From Candidatus Aminicenantes bacterium (GTDB lineage: Bacteria > Acidobacteriota > Aminicenantia > Aminicenantales > JAFGBC01): a stretch of 64,000 bases of DNA. Positions 57,031 through 64,000 of the stretch are shown here, one piece after another (positions within the stretch are counted from its first letter, which is position 1; each line of letters opens with the position of its first letter). The stretch is from the NCBI GenBank assembly GCA_963702005.1, contig OY969696.1, positions 448,001-512,000 of the forward strand, in the 5' to 3' direction. The notes beneath the pieces were generated by a model that worked only from the letters and a program-made list of their open reading frames with translations, was not told the origin of the DNA and ran no database searches. The position numbers were made by a program, and so were the translations under genes.

Positions 57031-59976
57031 TCAGAAGTCGTAGCCGATCCAGAACCGCAGGAGGAAACCGCCCTGCGATTTGATGTCGAACGGGCGGCCG
57101 ACCGTGGGGAGATAGAGGCGCTTGACCCAGTCGAAATGGAGCGGGAGCCCCAAGAAAAAGACCTCGAGCCCATACCCATACGAGCCGACGGCGTCGTAGG
57201 CCGCCGACGGGATCCCGAAGGGGTTGTTGTAGACGAAAAACTTGGCGGGATAGCCCGAGAGCTTGGCGCGCGAAAAGTCGAAGAAGACCAGCCCCCGAAC
57301 CGGGCCGATGGTCCCCAGCACGGTCGCGGCGGCGTTGATGAGGGGCATCCGGAACTCGGCGTTGGCGTACCAGCCCTCGCTGGCGACGATGTTCATGTAA
57401 TCGACGGAGCGAACCTGGTTATTCCCGCCGAAATAGAAGATGTACGGGTCCCGGCCCCGGCTGGCGAACCCACGGAAGCGGAGGGCGAACAAGCTGTCCA
57501 TCCCGACGTACAGATACCGGCGGAGGTCGACCTCAAGGTTCGTGTTCCGGAAGAAATTCCGGGCGACCGGGATGGATTGGGAGATCGAAACATGGAAGGT
57601 GGAACCGGCCGCGGGCCCGTAAGGGTAACGGAAGCGGGTCGTTTCGCCGGTTAGGGAGAAGCCGGCCGAGAGGACGTTCCCGTTCCAGAAATACTGGTAG
57701 CTGCCGGCCGGGGCGACGGACGGATCCAAGAACTCCTCGGCGTAACGGAAGAACCCGATGTTCGCTTCGGCCCGGTAGTATTTATTGAACGGATAGAAGG
57801 CCGCGGCCGTCGCCCCGGTGATCGTCCGGGTGGCCAGGGCGTCCGCGTAGGTCATGGTGGAATAAGGGGTCGGGTTGAAATAAGCATAGGGCGGGTAGTA
57901 GTAACGCGTGTACTTGAAGGCGCTGGCCATGAACTGGAGGCGCCGCCCCTGATTCAGGTAAGCCGCCGCATAGGACCGGAAGCCCCGGACTTGCGAGGCT
58001 TCGACATAGAGGGAGTGGTTGGCGAGGAGGTCGCTGAACAGGAGAGCCGACCCGCCGTAGAAGGAGCCGTCGGTGGCCAGGAAGGTGTCGAGGGGAGGGC
58101 GGTTGGCCAGGAACAGCTTTCCGATGCCCCGGTAGGGCGCGATCTTGTCCTTCTTGATCTCCAGGGTGACGAGGGGCTCGAAAGCCTTGGGGGCCGTGTC
58201 TTCGGGAAGCTCCGCGAAGGTCGAGGTCCCCTCGGGCGTTCCTTCCAGGCGGTCCTTGAAGATCTGGAAGGCGCCCTTATGAAAAGAGGAGAAGACGATC
58301 TCGCCGGGACGGCCGGGGAGCGGCGTCGGAAAATAGTTGCCGGTCCGGACGTCGCCGTAGCGCTTGATCTGTCCGGTCCCAAGATCGAGCGAATAGATGT
58401 TGAAAGCGCCCCGCAGATCGCCCGAGAAGAACAGGGTTTGGCCGTCGGCCGAGAAACAGGGGGAGATGGTGTTCCCTTCGCCGAATGTCAGTTGCGTTTT
58501 TTTCTTGAGGTTGTCGAGCGGGGAGACGAAGATTTTATCGAAGCCCCGGAGGTGGATCGTATAGGCCAGCGTTTTTCCGTCGGGCGACACGGCCGGGGCT
58601 TTTTCGTAGAGCGCGTCTCGGGTCAGGTTGTCGACGGCCCCCGAGGCGAGGTCGAGGCGATAGATGTCGTGGAGCCCGTTCCGGAAGGCCGTAAACAGCA
58701 GCGCCCCGCCGCCCGGAAGGAAGCAGGGCGCGTGAGGCTGGTCGAGAAGAATCCGCCTCTTCTGAATCAGGGCTCCGCTGAGCGGTCGGACGACGTACAG
58801 GGAATACTTGTCCCCGTCGCGGCCGAAGAAGGCGAGCCGGTCGCCGTCGGGGGACCAGTCGATGTTCCTGCCCCGGGAGGCGTCGACTTCGTACTTGATG
58901 TATTCCCAGCGCCGGGTGAATCCCCGGGTGATGTTCTTGAGGATCCGGCCGTCGTCGGTCGCGATCAGGATGACGTCGACCTCCTGGTCCTTGAGATTAT
59001 AGGAAAGACCGGCCAGGAGGTCTCCCGAGGGCGAGACGGCGTGCGACAGGTCGAAATAGTACGGATTGGCGGGGAAGCTCGGCCCGAGCGGGTTGCTGTA
59101 GTCCTCGGGCGAATCCCGCAGCAGGAATTCCTTGTTCTTTTCCCGGAGGTATTTCTTGAACTCGAAATTGAAGTCGCGGACCTTGATGGCGAAGGCCCGC
59201 TGGAGGGGATCGCGCTTACCGATCAGCGGCGAGTTCTGCAGGCTCTGCCAGAATTCGCGAGTCGCCGTCTCCCCGTATTTATGGTTGATGAACTCGTAGA
59301 TGGCGTGGCCGAAGTCGTAGGCCGGATCCCGGGGGAGGAACGCCGGGGAAACAAGCTCCCCGCCCTCGCTGATCTCCGGGATGCGGTCGGTCAGGACGGC
59401 GTCCCGGACGATGAGGGAGGACCAGGGCGACCAAGTTTCCGTGGCGAATTCGGAGAATCCCTCGAACACCCAAGCCGGCGGCTGGCTCACGGCATAGAGG
59501 CCGGCGCCGGGCTTCCCCCACAGGATATCGAACTCGAAGACGTGGGCCAGCTCGTGCTCGACCAGGGCCTGGAGTTCGTCAAGGGGCATGTCGCCGTAGA
59601 TGCCGATCCGGTACAGGGCCGGTTCGGAAACGCCCAGGATTCCTTCCGAGACGGGAAAGAGGTTGGTCTGCTCGAAATCCGTATAGGTCGTGTAATAAAG
59701 GATGGGGACGGGAACCGACATTTCATGCTTGAGGAAACGGCTGATCTTTTGGTAGGCGCTTTCGGCCAGCTCGGCGACGCTCTTGAGGAGGTCGAGGTCC
59801 TCGTTGTAGAAGTAGATCTGAAAATGTTCGGTCGAATAGCTTTTCCAGGCGAAGCGGCCGTACTGGACCTTGTTCTTTCCGTAATAGGGTTGTTCGTATA
59901 AGCCCTGGGCGGAGGCGAGGGCGGCCCAGCCCAGGATTATACCGATGAGGAGGAGCCGTTTCCGCGAAGATCTCAT
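57031..59976 (-). CDS. Omp85/BamA-TamA-family protein with N-terminal zincin-like domain and PD40/TolB-like propeller
   Basis: Signal peptide, GKNKVQY, HELAH...W..EG.SE, repeated SPDG/WSPDG units, barrel motifs (FGGNNQVR, NAEFRMP) and C-terminal IGYDF. Confidence 0.85.
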   Translation of the reverse strand: MRSSRKRLLLIGIILGWAALASAQGLYEQPYYGKNKVQYGRFAWKSYSTEHFQIYFYNEDLDLLKSVAELAESAYQKISRFLKHEMSVPVPILYYTTYTDFEQTNLFPVSEGILGVSEPALYRIGIYGDMPLDELQALVEHELAHVFEFDILWGKPGAGLYAVSQPPAWVFEGFSEFATETWSPWSSLIVRDAVLTDRIPEISEGGELVSPAFLPRDPAYDFGHAIYEFINHKYGETATREFWQSLQNSPLIGKRDPLQRAFAIKVRDFNFEFKKYLREKNKEFLLRDSPEDYSNPLGPSFPANPYYFDLSHAVSPSGDLLAGLSYNLKDQEVDVILIATDDGRILKNITRGFTRRWEYIKYEVDASRGRNIDWSPDGDRLAFFGRDGDKYSLYVVRPLSGALIQKRRILLDQPHAPCFLPGGGALLFTAFRNGLHDIYRLDLASGAVDNLTRDALYEKAPAVSPDGKTLAYTIHLRGFDKIFVSPLDNLKKKTQLTFGEGNTISPCFSADGQTLFFSGDLRGAFNIYSLDLGTGQIKRYGDVRTGNYFPTPLPGRPGEIVFSSFHKGAFQIFKDRLEGTPEGTSTFAELPEDTAPKAFEPLVTLEIKKDKIAPYRGIGKLFLANRPPLDTFLATDGSFYGGSALLFSDLLANHSLYVEASQVRGFRSYAAAYLNQGRRLQFMASAFKYTRYYYPPYAYFNPTPYSTMTYADALATRTITGATAAAFYPFNKYYRAEANIGFFRYAEEFLDPSVAPAGSYQYFWNGNVLSAGFSLTGETTRFRYPYGPAAGSTFHVSISQSIPVARNFFRNTNLEVDLRRYLYVGMDSLFALRFRGFASRGRDPYIFYFGGNNQVRSVDYMNIVASEGWYANAEFRMPLINAAATVLGTIGPVRGLVFFDFSRAKLSGYPAKFFVYNNPFGIPSAAYDAVGSYGYGLEVFFLGLPLHFDWVKRLYLPTVGRPFDIKSQGGFLLRFWIGYDF

Positions 59977-59988
59977 GGCGACACCCTC

Positions 59989-60657
59989 CTAGTCCGTGAT
60001 GAGAAACCGTTCCTGGGCGCGGGCTTCCCCCAGGACGGCCCGGAAGAACTTTTGTTTGACCTTCTGGAGAAGCTCGAAGAAGGCGAAAGAAGCCGGCTGC
60101 CTGATGTTCTCGTAGCTCTTGGTCTCCTTGAAATCTTTCTTGAAAAGAATGTCCCCGGTCTCGCCCCCGAGGAGAAACAAGGAAATCTCCAGGGTTACGA
60201 CCTTGCGCTCGAGGAGCTTCTTCTCCGGCTCGAAGGGGCCGTCCAATTCCTTCAGGGCTTCATCGGAAAGAGCCTTGCGCGTCTCCTGGCTCAGCTGGGC
60301 CTTGCCGGTCAGGAGGAGCGATCCCTTGGCGTCGGACGAAAGCCGGAGCCGGAAAGCGGGGTCGTCCAAGGCGGGCTCGGCGTCGAAGGGGGTCTCGATC
60401 AGGACGGCGCTTTTATCGAAGCGCCGTTCGGTCTCCGCCCGCCAGTAAGTCCTCAGCTCCCGGTTCAAATCGAGGTCGGGAATGGTCTTGGCGACCCAGA
60501 AATCGGTCACGATGATTTTATTGTAGGCGTCCAACGAGACGAGCCTCGGCGCCGGGATCTCGACATGGATCTTTTTATAGGGCCCGGAGGACGAGCAGGC
60601 CCAGCCGCAGAGAAAGGACAGGAGCAGGCCGATGGGACGGAGCCTATTTCTTTTCAT
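59989..60657 (-). CDS. Hypothetical lipoprotein
   Basis: Basic N-terminus, hydrophobic stretch and GWAC lipobox-like motif. Coupled to its neighbours. Confidence 0.7.
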   Translation of the reverse strand: MKRNRLRPIGLLLSFLCGWACSSSGPYKKIHVEIPAPRLVSLDAYNKIIVTDFWVAKTIPDLDLNRELRTYWRAETERRFDKSAVLIETPFDAEPALDDPAFRLRLSSDAKGSLLLTGKAQLSQETRKALSDEALKELDGPFEPEKKLLERKVVTLEISLFLLGGETGDILFKKDFKETKSYENIRQPASFAFFELLQKVKQKFFRAVLGEARAQERFLITD

Positions 60658-61036
60658 CGGTGCCCTTCTCTTTTTTATCTTTATCTTTATCCGGCGGCTC
60701 CAGGTTCTCCTTGAATTTTTGATAGTTCATCTTGATCTGGGCGTTCTCGGGCTCGAGCTTCACGGCCATCTCATACTCCTTACGGGCCTCTTCCCATTGT
60801 CCGTTCTTCTCCAAGGCGACGGCCAGATTGTTGTGGGCCGCGGCGGACCGGGGCCGGACCTCGACTTCCTTTTTCCAGCGGAAAAGGGCTTCTCCCCAGA
60901 GATTGTTTTCGGCGGCCCAGATCCCCAGCTGGAGCTGGTTTTCCGGGACGCTCCGTGAGCAACGCGCCGCGACGAGGCTCGCCGCAAGACATAAAAGGAC
61001 GACCGCCGAAGAGGGATATTTGTTCATAGACGGCAT
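60644..61036 (-). CDS. TPR-repeat protein, probably exported
   Basis: AAAHNNLAVALEKNGQWEEARKEYEMAVKLEPEN TPR and a signal-like N-terminus with Cys. Confidence 0.85.
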   Translation of the reverse strand: MPSMNKYPSSAVVLLCLAASLVAARCSRSVPENQLQLGIWAAENNLWGEALFRWKKEVEVRPRSAAAHNNLAVALEKNGQWEEARKEYEMAVKLEPENAQIKMNYQKFKENLEPPDKDKDKKEKGTDEKK

Positions 61037-61233
61037 GGGCCTCTGATTATTTTATAGCAAGTTTTGTACCAGTTGACCAGAACGGGCGAGAAATTAATTC
61101 GGCCCGCGGCGAGCGCAAGGCGGGGACTTCTGCCGCTACCCGAGACAAGTTCCTTTACATTCCCCTTTTTCCGGAAGCGGGTTGCCAGGCCCCGGCTTTT
61201 ATGGTATAAGAGAGAGCTTCAGAGAGAGTACCC

Positions 61234-61425
61234 ATGCCAAAAGTGTGTGAAATCTGCGGAAAAGGTCCGATGTTCGGACAGAGCGTCAGCCATTCCCACA
61301 AGGCGACCAAGAAAAAATGGAAGCCGAACCTGCAGCAGGTCAAAGCCCAGACGGCCTCCGGCGTCAAACGGGTCTGGGTCTGCACCAAATGCCTTCGGGC
61401 CGGGAAAGTGGCCAAGGCCCGCTAA
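61234..61425 (+). CDS. rpmB: 50S ribosomal protein L28 (Zn form)
   Basis: CEICGKGP..G..VSHS....K..W.PNLQ and CTKC motifs. Confidence 0.96.
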   Translation: MPKVCEICGKGPMFGQSVSHSHKATKKKWKPNLQQVKAQTASGVKRVWVCTKCLRAGKVAKAR

Positions 61426-61430
61426 ACCGT

Positions 61431-63581
61431 TCACGACCGCTCAACCGCGCCGACCTCGTTGAAGCCGGCGATCCGATGTGACATGGCCTCGAGTTGACCG
61501 ATATCGCGAACCTCGAGCTCGATGTTAATCTGCCCCTTCCCATCCGCGAAGGTTTCGACCTCGGCCCGGACGATGTTTCCCCCCAGCTCGGAGATGACGG
61601 CCGCGACCTTGGCCAGGACTCCGGGCGAATCGGCCGCTTTGATTTGAAGCCCGGCCCGGAAGGTTCGGACCAGGGCCGGATCCCAGGCGACCTCGATCGT
61701 GCGGCGGCCGTCCAGCCGTTCCTTGACCACGTAGGGACAGCGCTGGGCGTGGACCGTAACGCCCTTCCCCGCCGTCATATAGCCGACGATCGGCTCTCCC
61801 TTGATGGGAACGCAGCAGCGGGCGAGCCGGAGGAGGGGATCGTTCCCGTCTTTGACGACGAGTCCCCGGTCCGGCCGGGACGCGACTCGGGTCACGACCT
61901 TGCGCAGGAAGCTCTCTTTCCGCGGCGCGATGCCCCCCTCGCCGGACAAGCCCTCGAGCAAGGGCTTAACCAGGAGCTTTCCGGTCCCGACCAAGGCATA
62001 GAGGTCCTCGAGAGACCGCACCCGGAATCCGCCGATGTCCTCAATCCGGGGCAGCAGTCGCGCTTCCTCTCCGAGGCCGGCCGGAAGGCCGTGCCGGGCG
62101 ACCTCCCTCTCCCAAAGCCTCTTTCCCAGGGCCGCCGATCGGCTTCGCTCCCTGGAGTTGATCCAATGCTTGATCTGGTGCCTGGCGTCTGAGGTCGTCA
62201 CCAGGGTCAGCCAGCTCCGGGTGGGCATCCTATCGGGAGCGGTCGCGATCTCGACGATATCCCCGGTCTTCAAATGCATTTTCAAGGCCGCGCTCTGGCC
62301 GTTGATCCGGCAGCCGGAGGCGTGGAGTCCGATCTCGGAATGGATCTTGAAAGCGAAGTCGAGGGCCGTCGCCCCCCGGGGGAGACTGATAACTTTGCCC
62401 TTGGGCGTGAAGACGTAGACCTCTTCGGGGACGAGGTCCGTTTTCAGGCTTCGCAGGAACTCGCGCGGGCTTTTCTGCTCCTTGTAGAATTCGACCATCC
62501 GGCGCAGCCAGACCAGGCGCTTGTCCTCTTTGACGATGTGCTCACGGTCTTTTTCTTTGTACTTCCAGTGGGCGGCGATGCCGTTCTCGGCCAGCTCGTT
62601 CATGGACTCGGTCCGGATCTGGACTTCAAACGTCTGGCGGTCCTCGGTCAAAATCGTGGTGTGGAGGGCCTGGTACAGGTTCGGCTTGGGCATGGCCACG
62701 TAATCCCGGAAGCGCTGGGGAAGGTGCGACCAGCGCTGGTGGATGATGCCGAGCGCCGCGTAGCAGTTCTTGACGCTGTCCGTGATGATCCGGAGAGCGA
62801 GCAGGTCGTAGACCTGGCTGAACTCGACGCCCTGACGCCGCATCTTCTGATGGATGCTGTAGGGCCGTTTGATCCGGGAGGAGACGCGGGCCGGAATGGC
62901 GTTGTCTTTGAGGAGCGCTTCCAGGCTCCGCTGGAGCCGGCGCAAGTCCTTGTCGGCCTTCTTGCGGATCGGGTCGACCAAGCCGATGACCCGGAAATAA
63001 TCCTCGGGCGCGACGTAGCGGAACGAGAGGTCCTCGAGCTCGGCCCGGATCCGGCCCATGCCGAGCCGGTTGGCGATCGGGGCGTAGATCTCGATCGTCT
63101 CGCGGGCGATCTGCCGCTGCTTGTCCTCGTCGAGGTGTTGGAGGGTTTGGAGGTTGTGGATGCGGTCGGCGAGCTTGATGAAGATGACCCGGAGGTCGTC
63201 GGTCATGGCCAGGATGATCTTGCGCAGCGTCTCGGCTTGGCTCGTCTCGGGCGGGGCGCCCTGGACGCGGCCGATCTTCGTGACGCCCTCGACCAGGGCG
63301 GCCACGTCCTTTCCGAAGGCCTCCTTGATCTCGGCCGCGGTCACGTCCGTGTCCTCCAGGACGTCGTGGAGAAGGCCGGCGGCCAGGGCCGTCCGATCCA
63401 GTCCCATGTCGGCCAGGATGTTCGCGACCTCGAGGGGATGGCCGAGGTAGGGCTCGCCCGAGCGCCGGATCTGTCCCTTGTGGGCTCGGGCGGCGAAGAT
63501 GTAGGCTTTCTGGAGGAAGGCGACGTCCTTCTCGCCGAAGCGCGGCGTGACCTTGTCGAGGATGTCGTCGAACCTGATCAC
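61431..63581 (-). CDS. relA: Bifunctional (p)ppGpp synthetase/hydrolase
   Basis: R.SGEPY..HP, LHDVLED, KLADRIHN, PKPNLYQALHT, AAHWKYK, TGS, CC and ACT domains. GTG start inferred. Confidence 0.95.
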   Translation of the reverse strand: MIRFDDILDKVTPRFGEKDVAFLQKAYIFAARAHKGQIRRSGEPYLGHPLEVANILADMGLDRTALAAGLLHDVLEDTDVTAAEIKEAFGKDVAALVEGVTKIGRVQGAPPETSQAETLRKIILAMTDDLRVIFIKLADRIHNLQTLQHLDEDKQRQIARETIEIYAPIANRLGMGRIRAELEDLSFRYVAPEDYFRVIGLVDPIRKKADKDLRRLQRSLEALLKDNAIPARVSSRIKRPYSIHQKMRRQGVEFSQVYDLLALRIITDSVKNCYAALGIIHQRWSHLPQRFRDYVAMPKPNLYQALHTTILTEDRQTFEVQIRTESMNELAENGIAAHWKYKEKDREHIVKEDKRLVWLRRMVEFYKEQKSPREFLRSLKTDLVPEEVYVFTPKGKVISLPRGATALDFAFKIHSEIGLHASGCRINGQSAALKMHLKTGDIVEIATAPDRMPTRSWLTLVTTSDARHQIKHWINSRERSRSAALGKRLWEREVARHGLPAGLGEEARLLPRIEDIGGFRVRSLEDLYALVGTGKLLVKPLLEGLSGEGGIAPRKESFLRKVVTRVASRPDRGLVVKDGNDPLLRLARCCVPIKGEPIVGYMTAGKGVTVHAQRCPYVVKERLDGRRTIEVAWDPALVRTFRAGLQIKAADSPGVLAKVAAVISELGGNIVRAEVETFADGKGQINIELEVRDIGQLEAMSHRIAGFNEVGAVERS

Positions 63582-63606
63582 GGCGGTCTCCGGGCCGTCC
63601 CTCCGG

Positions 63607-64000
63607 CTACGGCTTGCGTCCGGAGGTCCTTCCCTTTTCCCGGGCGAGGATCCAGCGGACGGCGGCCAGAATGTCGGGGGCGATGAAGGCGGGGCCGTCC
63701 GGCCTCGTCCGGAAGTCATCGAGGGCCCGGCTTCCAAAGCCGGTCAGGACGAGGATGGATGTCGCGCCGGCGGCCCGGCCGAATTCGATGTCCTCAACCT
63801 TGTCGCCGATCATGTAGGAGCCCTCGAGGTCCAGGCCGAAATCCCGGGCGGCCTGGAGGGCCATGCCCGGACGCGGCTTCCGGCATCCGCAGTCCTTCCG
63901 GAAAGCCTCCAGCGCGGAGTCCTCATAGTGCGGGCAATAATACCATCCGTCGATCCGTGCCTTTTGGGCGGCCAGGGCCTCGCTCATCCTGGCCTGAATC
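63607..64000 (-). CDS. gmhB: D-glycero-D-manno-heptose-1,7-bisphosphate phosphatase, HAD-IIIA (5' end outside window)
   Basis: YYCPH, CGCRKP.PGM, SYMIGDK..D and LVLTG.G motifs. Confidence 0.85.
   Translation of the reverse strand, partial: IQARMSEALAAQKARIDGWYYCPHYEDSALEAFRKDCGCRKPRPGMALQAARDFGLDLEGSYMIGDKVEDIEFGRAAGATSILVLTGFGSRALDDFRTRPDGPAFIAPDILAAVRWILAREKGRTSGRKP

Overview
This is a GC-rich bacterial chromosome segment that spans the replication origin (dnaA-dnaN with DnaA boxes on both sides of dnaA). Gene content suggests an anaerobic, fermentative diderm, possibly Acidobacteriota/Ca. Aminicenantes (inference only). Most of it is housekeeping: tRNA-Val-thrS-infC(AUU start)-rpmI-rplT-pheST-zapBA, rnr, coaX, birA, dnaE, guaA, apgM, amiC, yceD-rpmF-plsX-fabG-acpP-fabF-etfBA, polA, rpmB, relA/spoT, gmhB. 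Seven things stand out. (1) Three copies of a non-coding, modular, nested-palindrome element, each bounded by GTCAA/TTGAC direct repeats, with one TTGAC serving as the -35 box of the neighbouring sigma70 promoter. (2) A SelB domain III+IV protein with no GTPase domain, translationally coupled to RNase R. (3) An arcE-like/arcC/arcB arginine operon with no arcA. (4) A MetF-MetV-AcsE-like triple fusion. (5) An 11-subunit, complex-I-like group 4 [NiFe]-hydrogenase with three antiporter subunits. (6) A 700-aa unknown protein with winged-helix and B3-like segments. (7) A peptidase/PD40/Omp85 operon next to oriC. No CRISPR array, rRNA or transposase gene was seen. All family assignments come from motif recognition by eye, not database searches.
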